From: Lama glama
Lineage: Eukaryota
Length of the DNA: 64,000 nucleotides
Assembly (NCBI GenBank): GCA_028534125.1
Contig: CM052818.1
Span: forward strand, 37,574,001 to 37,638,000
Direction: 5' to 3'
Below, piece after piece: positions 52,832-64,000 of the stretch. The notes under the pieces were generated by a model that was given only the letters and a program-made list of their open reading frames with translations, ran no database searches and was not told the origin of the DNA. Made by a program: the position numbers and the translations under genes. Within the stretch, counting starts at the first letter, position 1. Each line of letters begins with the position of its first letter.

Positions 52832-53464
52832 AGTTCTTCTGTAAAACTCAAATTGTATTTTGATGGGGTTGTGCAGGCTTTAGCAATCCCATTGTAAGTC
52901 CCAGTGACGAACCATATATTAACTACATCCCCACACCACACCCACCGATTGCTCCCTGGTAGAGATGACTGGCTGCCCAGGTTTGCGGGATACTTGAACA
53001 CTCTGAACAGGATGCCACCTAGGAGACACAGAGCAAGCCAAAACATCTTTCTATGCCAGTTTTATATTTTTATTCTAGTTGTCGTAATTGTGAAAACAAT
53101 AGTATAATAATGAGGTTTTGAAGAAGAAAAGCAATACTTCCAAGATCTTTATTTATGAAAATTATTATTTTTCATATTATCTTCCAGTCTCTTTCTATTT
53201 TTATATATATATATATTTTTTACAAAGTTCTATACAGATTTTACATACAATATTTTTTCCTACTTTTTCCATTTATATATGTATTCCACATATTGCCTTT
53301 TCTGTCGTCTGTGTACCACTGAATCATTTGTTTACATTCTAATGTTCACAACCATCCTCTCATTGATAAATATGTGGTTGAGTTTTGTACTAAAATGCCT
53401 GCACCACAGGCCATGCAATAGTAAATATCTTTATCTGCATATAGCCCTTTCTTCTTTTTAGGAC

Positions 53465-53764
53465 ATCAGTCTGATGGAAATAAAATGCAAGTCACATACA
53501 TAACTTTAAATTCCCTAATAGGGATATTAAAATAGTAAAAAAGAGACAGGCAAAGTTAATTCCAATAATGTATTTTAATGATCAAATATATCAAAAATAC
53601 TTCACTTCTACATATGCTTAAATTAAAATATTAAAGAGATAGCTTACATTTTTTTAAATTGTCTTCAAGATCCATTGTGTATTATATTTAAAGGACATCT
53701 CAATCATACTAGTCGCATTTCAGGTGCTTGATGTAGCTTATGGTTACTGTGTTGAACAGCATAG
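53465..53764. mobile_element. hAT-Charlie MITE, MER33-like
   Basis: gaaataaaatgcaagtcacata..taactttaaattccctaatag..aaaagagacaggcaaagttaatt..acatctcaatcatactagtcgcatttcaggtgct..ttgaacagcatag. Confidence 0.8.
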
Positions 53765-53963
53765 TTGTATTTATTCCCTAAAGAGAAATTTGTAATTATG
53801 GGATTACTGGTTCAAAAATTGAATAATTTTTAAGACTTCTGCTTTATTTATTCTGCTTTATTCACATTCCCAAATAAATCTATCAACCTAAGCTGTATCT
53901 TTTCTTTTAATTAACTAATTAATTCAATGCTTCCTATATATTGATCCTGAGCTAGATGTTATA

Positions 53964-55733
53964 GAAAGACATACTGTGTTCATGGATTGGAAGAATCAAC
54001 AATATTAAAATGGCCATACTACCCAAGGCAACCTACAGATTCAGTGCAATCCCTATCAAATCACCAATGGCATTTTTCGCAGAACTGGAACAAAAAAGTG
54101 TTAAAATTCTTGCTATGGAAAGCAAAAGACCCCAGATTGCCAAAACAATCTTGAGAAAGAAGAAAGGACCTGGAGGATTCATGCTTCCTGACTTCAGACT
54201 AGACTATAGAGCTACAATAATCAAAACAATATGGTACTGGCACAGAAATAGACACAGAGATCAATGGAACAGAACAGAAAGCCCAGAAAGAAACCCACAT
54301 ACTTATGGCCAATTAATCTGTGACAAAGGAGGCAAGAATATACAATGGAGAAAAGAGTGTCTGCAGTAAGTGGTGCTGGGAAAACTGGACAGCTACATGT
54401 AAAAGAATGAAATTAATACATTCTCTAATACCATATACAAAATAAACCCAAAATGGATTAAAGACCTAAATGTAGGACCAGATACTATCAAAGTCCTAGA
54501 GGAAAACATAGGCAGAACACTCTCTGACATAAACTGCAGCAATATGTCTTTTATGTTCATCTCCTAGAGTAATGGAAACAGAAGCAAAAAAATTTTTAAA
54601 TGGGACCTAATTAATCTTAAAAGCTTTTGAACAGCAAAGGAAACAATAAGCAAAACAAAAAGACAACCTATAGAATGGGAGAAAATATTTGCAAATAGTG
54701 TGAATGACAAGGGCTTAATTTCCAAACTATACAAACAGCTCATATAGCTCAATATGAAACAAACAAACAAACAAACAAGCAAACCAATCAAGAAACGGGC
54801 AGAAGATCTAAACATTTTTCCAGAGAAGACATACAGATGGCCAACAGGCACATGAAAAGATGTTCAACTTTGATAATTATTAGAGAAATGCAAATCAAAA
54901 CTACGATGAGGTATCACCTCACAAGGGTTAGAATGGCCATCATCAAAAAGCCTACAAATAATAAATGCTGAAGAGGGTGTGGGGAAAAGGGAACCTTCCT
55001 ACGTTGTTGGTGGGAATGTAAACTGGTGCAGCCACTGTGAAAAACAGTATGGGGATTCCTCAAAAAACTAAAAATAGCATTACCATATGATCCAGCAATC
55101 CCACTCTTGGGCACATATCTGGAAAAGAGGAAAACTCTAATTCAAAAAGATACCTGCATCCCAATGTTCATAGCAGCACTATTTCAATAGCCAAGACACA
55201 GAAGCAAACAAAATGTCCATTGACAAACAAATAGATAAAGAAGATATTGTGTGTATATATATACACACACACACACAACAGAATACTACTCAGCCATAAA
55301 AAAGAGTGGAATAATGCCATTTGTAACAACATGGATGGACCTAGAGATTATCATACTAAGTAAAGTAAGTTAGACAAAGAAATATCATATGGTATCACTT
55401 ATATGTGGAATCTAAAAAATTATGCAAGTGAACTTATTTATAAAACAGAAATAGACTCACAGACATAGAAAATAAATTTATGGTTACTAAAGGGGAAACG
55501 GGGTTGGGGAGGGATAAATTAGGAATTTGGGATACAAACTACAATATATAAAAGAGATAAACAACAAAGACCTACTGTATAGCACAGGGAACTATATTCA
55601 ATATCTTGTAAAAACCTATAATGGAAAGTAATCTGAAAAATAATATATATACATAAATATGTATAACTTAACCACTTTATTGTACATCTGAAACATTATA
55701 AATCAACCATACTGCAATTTAAAAAAAAGAAAA
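53964..55733 (+). mobile_element. 5'-truncated LINE-1: ORF2 C-terminal third, 3'UTR, poly(A)
   Basis: ORF 54010..54369: MAILPKATYRFSAIPIK..F..ELEQ..LPDFRLDYRATIIKTIWYWHRNRHRDQWNRTESPE. Complete 3'UTR ending ataaatcaaccatactgcaatttaaaaaaaagaaaa. Confidence 0.95.
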
Positions 55734-56059
55734 CTACAGGTAAGAAAAAAATCTAAGACAAAATTTTGTTATTCAATTACAATATGAAAGAACACTGAAA
55801 GGAAGGCTGAAATGCAGTTGCCTTATGTCAGGATCAAATGCTACCAGTGTTATATTGTAAAAAAAAATTAAAAGTAAATAAATAAGTAACTATATTAATG
55901 TTTAAAAGTTGTCCACATTAGTAAACAAGAAGTTTGAGAAATATATCCAGAATTGTTTGAAGTATTTTATATAAACTTCTATTCTTAGTAATTAAATTAG
56001 AGTTAATATCCTATGATCATATTAAAAAAAAAAAGAGGAAACTGGGTCTATATAAACAT

Positions 56060-56445
56060 AATCAGTGAAAAACTGTTCAGTATGGCCAATCCAGACAATT
56101 CCAGCCCATCCCAAACAAAAGAGGTGTCTCCCTCCCACCCTTACAGATGCCTGACGTCTGTAATTCCCTCACCAGCAAATATCACTTTGCCCAGGTAGTT
56201 ATATTCCAGCCGCACATATCTGGGTCTGTTCTGCTCCACAGGGGTGAATTGCCAATCCTATCATAGCAGCTTCCGCTTGAATTTTCGGCTGTAATTGTTC
56301 ACATTCTTGCAGTACTTCTGCTACGAGGGCAACAGCATCAACAAACCGGAGCGTTTGCAGTTTCCCTCCATCTACTGGGAAGCCGCCTTCCTAATCAATT
56401 CTCCTCAGCAAATGCTCCAGGACAGTGGAAAATTCCTTGGGCGAG
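56060..56445 (-). mobile_element. Fossil RTE-clade LINE reverse-transcriptase fragment (L4/RTE-X-like)
   Basis: Manual minus-strand translation from 56444: SPKEFSTVLEHLLRRID*EGGFPVDGGKLQTLRFVDAVALVAEVLQECEQLQPKIQAEAAMIGLAIHP..., then after a frameshift EYNYLGKVI. This follows the RTE RT motif order SPxLF...DW..G..+dG..L..LRFADD+.L+A...GL.I....YLG. Confidence 0.8.
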
Positions 56446-58019
56446 AGATAATACCACCCAAGGGAAAATGCATTTATAATTGATGTGGTAAAAAGCTGTC
56501 AGACAGACATGGGTTTTCTCAACCATTTTTGTAAACACTGTTAGCAGCACTTCCTACAACAGCAGAAGCCTACAATCTCTCTACCTCTGGGTAGAAAATT
56601 ATATGCAGCAAGGAAAAGCCCACAGACCAGATCTTGTGGTTGGATCTAATGCGTTTCCCCCAGACTGAATAATTATTATAGAAACTCATGGCTTACGTCT
56701 GCCTAACCATACATTTTATTAAAAAGTTTGCTTTTAAACTTAATTTATTGTTGAGCACTTTGCCAAGGTTGGGGAAAGAAGGCAGAAAGAGTAATATGAG
56801 AGAAGCTCCATCCAAAATTGAGGTTTCTCTTTCTTAAGTGATCTTAGAAGTCATCAGGAAAGGACTTGATTCCCGATGTGTTTGGATAATGAAAGGTTTT
56901 CGAGACCCATGCATTGCATAAAGCCAGGTATATTCTGCAATTGACAGAATTTGATAGCGCTAACAAGTTTAAATTATTTCAGTTATCAGGTGTGACAATT
57001 CCAACTGTATACATGGAATTCTGTTCTATTCTTACCTCACTTGTGGATGCTTTCAGGGAACTATAAAAAGAAAACAAATGCATTTTATTGTGTCTCCATA
57101 ATCTCAAGTCAGCCAAAATCACATAAATAACGTACTACAGAACTGGGAAAAGCTTAAATAGAATTCAAGGTGTTTTCCACCTTTCCTAGGGCATTGAATT
57201 TTGAATTACGGTATAATTCTACACCTGTGAGTACATTAATAATTTTTTAAAAACATATGCAATATTAAGAATCATATTTGAGATTGGATCCTGGTTCTCC
57301 ACTCATGTTTTGATGCTGAGAAAATAATTTAATCAGTCCCCACCAGATAGATGAGACTAATATTATCTACCCTTCAAGGATGTGGAGAAATTTAACAATG
57401 ATACATAGGTGAGTCCCTCACAGATAGTAGGCATCTGATGCCCAGTGGCATTAAAACAATACTGTCTTCAGGGTTAATTGTAGGAAGAACCACTGGCTGC
57501 TTTATTGTAGGATATGAATGGAGTATCTTATCAGCCACCTTGAGTAACTTCATGGGAGTTTCCTTTCCAAAATTATCTTTTTGGTTTAAATTCCACCTTA
57601 TTATTGGCTTTACTCTGAGCAAAGGATTGACTTGAGTCTTTGAAGTGTTCAGTGGGATTTTGATTTTATACTACAGCTCTTTGTTGCTCACTTTTCCCTT
57701 ATTTTTAATTGTGTACTTTTTTTTTTTTAGTTTTTCTTAAATCCATGCCTGTCTTTACTGTTTAAACACAAAACAGACAACAGTAGAATCTAGAAGAAGA
57801 TCATATGAAAACCACGGCCAAATGCAATACTTTCCTTTTTCATGGTTGACTCTGCCCACATCCTTCCTGAAACTGATCTGATGATCTTTCTCTCCTCGCA
57901 AAGAAAGAAGCCTTTGCTCTTGGCTTCAGCTGACAAGCATAAATTGAAGGCATTTATTAGTGTTGAAAACCAGTTGTCTGGCTAAATTTGGAGACCCAGG
58001 GAGAGCACAGAGCAATCTG

Positions 58020-58143
58020 TGATAGGAGCACAGATTGCAGAGCCAGACGGCCGAGATTTGAATCCCAACTATGCTACTCACCAGTTGTATGATCTTGAGC
58101 AAGTAACTTAATGGCATTCTGCCTCAGTTTCCTTAATTGTAAA
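58020..58143 (+). mobile_element. MIR 5' part (3' part resumes at ~58605-58710 after an LTR insertion)
   Basis: gagccagacggccgagatttgaatcccaact..tgatcttgagcaagtaactta..ctgcctcagtttcctt; later attaaatgcataaatatctgtaaagcactaagaa. Confidence 0.8.
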
Positions 58144-58144
58144 G

Positions 58145-58602
58145 GTTCATGTCCAGACAGTAAGGTGCTGTACTCAAAAGGGACAATTTAAGATAATTTA
58201 GTAATAAGGAATATTTACAAAGGTGTGAGCAAACTTAAGAAAAATTAATAAGGGATAGTAAAATACTTTGACAAAAAAAAAAAAAACCCTCATCCTTTCT
58301 AGTAAAAGGGCAAGGGTAGAGAATCATTAAGAGAATCTTAGGACAGTTACTGCTTTAGGAGTAGGCTAGCTATGGAAATCATGGACTTTGGTAGGGAGAA
58401 GTATCTACTGTCAATACACAGCCCAGCAAAAAGGAAGCTGATGAAATAAAAATATTGACCTTTCTCTCCACCTGCTCTCTAATATATCGCTGGTATTTCC
58501 CAGTGGGTGGGTTCAGTGAGAAGCCTGAGGACACGGAGCTTGAAGCAGGATGAAGAATGGAGGAGACTGGATGTAGAGCGGCTAGGGGAGAATGTTCAGC
58601 AG
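58145..58602. mobile_element. ERVL solo LTR, LTR33-like, nested in a MIR
   Basis: tactcaaaaggg..taataaggaatatttacaaaggtgtgagca..aagggatagt..gactttggtagg..gaagcctgagg..ggatgtagagcggctaggggagaatgttcagca. Confidence 0.75.
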
Positions 58603-60354
58603 AGTAACAATGTCTCTCTCATAGAATTTTTAAACAATTAAATGCATAAATATCTGTAAAGCACTAAGAATTATGCTTAGTGCAAAATAAGCATTATACA
58701 AGGTTATTTTTTTATCAAACTCATTTACTATTAACTCTACTAATACTGATAGCATCATACATTATCAGACCCAAAGATAGCTCAAGATTCCGTGAGGGCA
58801 GGATTGTCTCATCTTTAAAATAATTTAAATCTCTGTGATGAGATTTAGGAACAAGGAGCTGGAGTCTCTGAGTTACCACGATGTGTCAATAGACCTTAGA
58901 AAGGATTAAGGTGTCCATTCGCCCATGTATTTCTGCCAGGAATCCATTGGCTATTTTAGCTTGATTTTTTTTTTTAATAGCAGATGCTTGCCTTACAGAT
59001 GAAACTGTGGTCAGGACGCGTGGAAGAAAAAGATGGAAATGTAGAAATTGTCTGACTTAGCACCTCAGGTTAAAGGCAGAGCAGGATCCTGGTGGAAGCT
59101 GGCCACCTTTGATTAACATGACGTTAGCAAGAGGTATGAGTGCAAGCTCACGTCTGTACTAACAAGTGTGTTCATTAGGCATCCGCTCCTCTGCAGGCCA
59201 CGTGCTGTATGGGTAGGACATACATGGATAGCCAAAACACGGGCCCAGATCCTCAGGCATCATTATTTTGCGGGGTAGCAGACACAGACAGAAAACTAAC
59301 TGTACTAGGAAGACATGATAAACTAGTGCTAAGGAGAATGAATGCTAGAGGATTTCGGCAGCTTGAGGATTTCCTTGGAGCAATGGAGTTAAAGGCATAA
59401 ACAAAGAGATAGATTTTGGGCAAGGTCTTGGTTAGAGGATGGTTTTTATAGACAGAAAAGGGATGGGAAGGAAATGCATGGTTATGATGGAGTTGAGAGG
59501 TGGAAATATGTACAAAAGGACATATAGTACAGGACAAGGCGAATTAGTCTAGTCCCACAGAAACATGTGGAGAGAAAACATGGCCAAGTTTGAAGTGGTA
59601 ATACAGACCTAGAAAATTTAAGGTTTTTTTTTTTTTAAGTCCAAGGGCAAGAATGTTGTCATTTCCTATTCTCTATTCAGCTAAAGACATAGCCCGAGGA
59701 GTTTGATTTCCATTTTGGCTTTTAGATACAGATATGCACACATTATTTCTGGACTACCTACATTTGAATCAATGACTAGCACAGAGAAATCCATGCATGC
59801 TAACTGGTTCATATATGCTATGTATTTTCTGATTTGTTGTTTGGAATGTATTGATCCCTCTCAACTTTCTATCTACTCTCTGATAGACAGAGAAGTCAAT
59901 GTAACTATATTAGAATTGATCTTGTGTTCAAAAAGCTGACCTCGAGCCAATACTAATGGATTGGGGATATAGAACCGAGGCCAGACATGAGTGCCTGTCC
60001 GTCCTGCATTGGGAATGACATTGTTTGGCGTGATGAAGTACACACCACGAGAAAGCTGCAATCTTGTAGTCAATCTGCTGGGTTAATACACATGCCGCTG
60101 AGAGCCTACGAAGTCAATAAGCATGTGTGAGTTCTTCTGCCTGGCTTCCCTTTTTCTCAGACTTGGAACTACCCCAATTAATAATAGAAACAGCAAAGCA
60201 AAACCTTCCAGTACCATTCACTTCCGTGGAAGATTGTGTCCAACCTCCTACCTCACTGTGCTTAGAAGTAGTAGGGGACAGTAGTTCACAGTGAGATGGA
60301 TACTGCCATTGCCAAGAAATCTCATGAGGCAAACAGCCCAAGAGAACCGTGATG

Positions 60355-61150
60355 GGGAAAAAAAGCAGACGTCACAAAATAGAAAATCTGAATGACACGT
60401 AAACATAGGAAAAGCTGCTTAACATGATTAATAATCAGGGAAACGCAAATTGTGAAATTAAATGCTTCACAACCACAGGATAAATAAAAATTAGTCTGAG
60501 AATTCCAAGTGTTGACAAGATTTTGAAGGGATGAGAACCATCGTATCCTGCTGGAGGGAGTGTAAATGAGTACCGCTATTTTGAAAAGCAGTGTGTCATT
60601 GCCAAATACAGCTAAGATAGATGAGTTCTATGGCACATACATTTGATTCCCAGGTATATACTCAAGAGAAAGTGATACACGTGTTTCAGGAACTATGTAC
60701 AAAAAAAGTGCATTGCAGCATTTTCTGAGGAGCAGAGTAATAGAAGCACTTAAAAACTCTCCACTGGCAATCATATAGATAAAGAAATGTTACCATATTC
60801 ACAAACCACAAAATACTATATAGCAGTGAAACTGAAGAGGGTGTAGCTGCATGGATGAAAATAGATGAATCTCAAAAATGCAGTGTCTATTGAAAAACTA
60901 AGTCAGAGAAAAATCAAGACAGTGTGCTTCTACTTAAAATTATAATAAAACTAAACAACAATGTTGTTTTGGATCTATGAATATGTGTTGAAACTATTTT
61001 TAAAAAGCAAAGGAATATTAATATAACATTCAGAAGAAGGGAGAGACATGCAATGAGGGGGTGGCATACGTGGTGGTATCTGAGGTGCTGCTAATGTTCC
61101 ATACCTAAGCTGAGCAGTAGGTACAAGGCTTTCCTTCTCATGTTAAAGTG
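60355..61150 (+). mobile_element. Ancient L1 3' end (L1ME-like)
   Basis: ataatcagggaaacgcaaatt..ctgctggagggagtgtaaatgagtac..aatactatatagcagtgaaa..atagatgaatctcaaaa. Confidence 0.8.
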
Positions 61151-61161
61151 TGAATGCATTT

Positions 61162-61183
61162 TCTCTCTCTCTCTCTCTCTCTC
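61162..61183. repeat. (TC)11 microsatellite
   Basis: Read directly from the sequence. Confidence 0.9.
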
Positions 61184-61489
61184 TATACATACACGTTATA
61201 CAAATATAGGTATATGCATATATAAATATATGTACATCTACTGTTTTTCTATGTAGTATATATTTAATAATAGAATAATATATAAATACATTTAATAATA
61301 AATTTAAAAGAAGCCCTCTGACACCCATTACCTGCATCTAGACCGCAGCCAATTTGGTTGAGCTTCTACCCATTTAAGGAATGCACTTGCTCTTATGCCA
61401 TTGGTCTAAGTTGTCCAATTTTCACAGTTTCGCCTCTGGTGGTCTTCCTATTCGCCTTCCCCATCACATAAAATCTTCTTGAGCTTTCT

Positions 61490-62872
61490 ATTCTCACTGT
61501 TTCTTGAGCTCACTTCAGTCAGACTTTTGTCCCCATCTCTCCACTGAATCTTTTTTCCTCTAATACCAACGGCTTCCATGAACAAGCCGGGTCATTATTT
61601 CTCAGCCCTTGTCTTATTTGACATATCAGTTTTGTTGGTGCAAGTGGTCGTGGCATCTTCACTTGGCCCTGGGACACCTCTCAGTAATTCTCCCAAGTTT
61701 TCAGTCTATATTTTCAGTCTCTTTGACTGATTCCTGTTAAATTTGAAACTTCTTAATTGGAACACACCAGGTTTAGTCCCGTAATCTCCTCTCTATGTAT
61801 ACGCACTTCAGGTGAGTTTTCAAACCAGTCCCATTGTTTTAAGTAACCATCTACATGCTGGAAGCTCTTAACATTTTATTTCCAGCCAAGATGTTTTAGA
61901 AACTCCAGATTTATATTCAAGTACCTACTCAGCATGTCCACTTGGGAATTTACAGGCATCTCACACATAACATTTCCATAACAAACTTCAGTTCCATCCC
62001 TGCCCCCAGCGTGCTTCTCCTTCAGGGTCCCCATCAGGACATGGTGCCACCATTCACTCCACTGTTTAAGCCAAAAGCTTTAGAAATCATCCTTGATTTC
62101 TGTTTCTCACTCTCCCAGCATTCAGTCCATCGGTTGGTCTTAAGTTCAACTTCTGTCTTCAAAACTGACCACTTTTCATCATATCCGTAGTTGCCACCGT
62201 AGTTACAATTTCTGCAGTCTCATAGTGAGACTATTGCAGTCGGCTCTATTTCCCAACTTCCACGCTGTCCTCCTTCAGTCCATTTTTCTCAAAGCAGCAA
62301 GAAATGAACCCTCTGGAAGACAATTCAAATGAGATCAGTCTTCTACCAAAAACCTTCTGGAGATTTCCCATCTCATTTTGATTCAAATTCAAGGTCCTTC
62401 ACATTAACCCACGGCTTTATTTTGGACCTTTTGCTAACTCTCCAGGCTCACCAACCAGTCTCTATCTCACTCACTCTGGTCTAGCTTCAATGGCTTATTT
62501 TTCTTCCTCTACTGCAGCAAACATATTCCTATGTTACAAGCCTTTGCACTTGCTAATCCTTTTGCCTTTAGGAATCTTCCCCCAGAAGTATTCAGGGCTG
62601 TCTTCTCTAAATGATATACAAGCCTTCCTTGATCACCTGATTTAACAGATGACCTCCGAAACTCGAGCCTCTCATTAAGCTTCATTTCTCTTCCAGGACT
62701 GTACCCGTCCTTGACGTAGCGCTGGGTTTTGTTTGTTTCTTATCATCTGCATCTCCTTCTAGAACAAAAACTTCATGGAGGCGAGACTATTTTTGTTCAC
62801 TGCTATATGCCTAACACCCAGACTGGTGTTTACTGTATCCTGGGCACTTAATAAATATTTATGAATGAATTA
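61490..62872 (+). mobile_element. LINE-2 3' region
   Basis: cctactcagcatgtccacttgggaatttacaggcatctca..gcctttgcacttgct..ttgttcactgctatatgcctaacaccca, ending in the L2 terminus cacttaataaatatttatgaatgaat. Confidence 0.85.
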
Positions 62873-63000
62873 TCTATGGACAAAGTGAGTATACAGTTTA
62901 AAAGTTGATTTCCAACTTTTAATACCATTTTCCCCTCTCACCTCTTCTCAGAGGATGCTCATCAGCTGCTTATAATCTCTAAGTAAATTTTTGTATATTC

Positions 63001-63200
63001 TTTTTTTTAATATATATACATTTATTGAAGTATAATCAGTTTACAGTGTTGTACCAACTTCTGATTTACAGTATAATATTTCAGTCATACATGAATATAC
63101 ATATATTCATTTTCATATTCTTTTTCACCATAAGTTACTACAAGGTATTGAATATAGTTCCCTGCACTGTACACCATGAACTTGCTGTTTATCTAGTTTA
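63001..63200 (-). mobile_element. Very short, young-type L1 3' end (severely 5'-truncated)
   Basis: tttattgaagtataatcagtttacagtgttgt..ttgaatatagttccctgcactgtaca is homologous to the last ~200 nt of the other L1 copies, with distinct subfamily wording (ttcaccataagttactacaag). Confidence 0.85.
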
Positions 63201-64000
63201 CATTTATTATTCTTGATAAATACTAGTGAACAACTCTCCAGATAAATAATTCTAATAAATTAACATTTAAGTGTTATTTTCCATTGTTGAAATCGTATTT
63301 GTTTTCTCTTTCATTTAATTCTTCAAGTGTCTTGCATTCTTAAGTGTGAATTAAGTTAGTGATTACGATTTGACCCGTAACGGCTGAGTGGTGTGTGAGC
63401 CATCATTTGCTACATGACTGGTTATGCAGCCTTTCCTCATGGTCACGATGAAATGTGATATACACAGTAACATGCAGAGTAAGCTTGGACCCCATTATGA
63501 TCCATATATGACCCAAAACTATACACCATGCCAACATTTTTGACCCCAAAGTTTTTGATGCCTAAAGGTTTAATAGAGGGTAGACGTAAACTATTTTTTC
63601 AATTAGCTCTTTGATAGTTTCATTTGAAATGAATTAAAATCTTGTCAAAGTTATGGCACGTCAACCCATCGCTGACGCTTCCAGATAATAAAGTGATTTA
63701 ACAAAGTTAAATCAGCACAAGGTAGAACTGCTTTTCAACAAGCTGATTTGATAAGAACTATCAAGACACTGAATGTTAAATGATGAATTTTAAAACATAT
63801 ACAATCACATTTAATTGACTGGCGGCCTCTTGGAAGAAACCAACATTTCTCTTATTTCCTGAGACTAATCTTTTCGTTCAGTTACCATGGCCAAAGTTGA
63901 AACTACTTGATGCTGTGCGTGATGAACAAATCTCTACTTAATCCTCGTGGTCCTTCCTTCTATTCTGGTCATAAAGGACCTTTGCAATCTCACTAAATGA

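Noticed and set aside
52624..53046. 140-aa ORF with a hydrophobic N-terminus
   Set aside because: It reads through a (CA)n microsatellite (THTHTH) and low-complexity sequence, with no recognisable homology.
63518..63583. Translation TIHHANIFDPKVFDA*RF resembling the cytochrome P450 PERF region
   Set aside because: Short, interrupted by stops, and with no flanking ExxR or heme-Cys motif; probably coincidence.

Overview
Repeat-rich, AT-rich mammalian genomic DNA that appears intergenic or deep intronic. A tRNA-derived SINE of the camelid Vic-1 type (31946-32118) and cetartiodactyl-type L1 copies point to a camelid such as camel, alpaca or llama (inference). I recognise no host protein-coding exon, rRNA, true tRNA gene or CRISPR array. 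Every ORF in the track with recognisable homology is LINE-1 ORF1/ORF2 debris. The rest is layered transposon remains (old and young L1, L2, MIR, L3, MaLR/ERVL LTRs, Tigger/hAT MITEs) between unique stretches, some rich in transcription-factor motifs. The most notable items are four. (1) A ~1.5 kb 'mini-L1' at 48.5-50.0 kb keeps both termini but has two large internal deletions, one joining ORF1 in frame to the ORF2 C-terminus. (2) An RTE-clade reverse-transcriptase fossil at 56.1-56.4 kb (minus strand) is missed by the ORF track. (3) A 61-nt pre-miRNA-sized hairpin lies at 2112-2172. (4) An orphan L1 5'UTR segment sits inside an L2. I cannot support a claim of a new biological system. Repeat family names come from recalled consensus similarity, boundaries are approximate, and all need RepeatMasker/Dfam confirmation.
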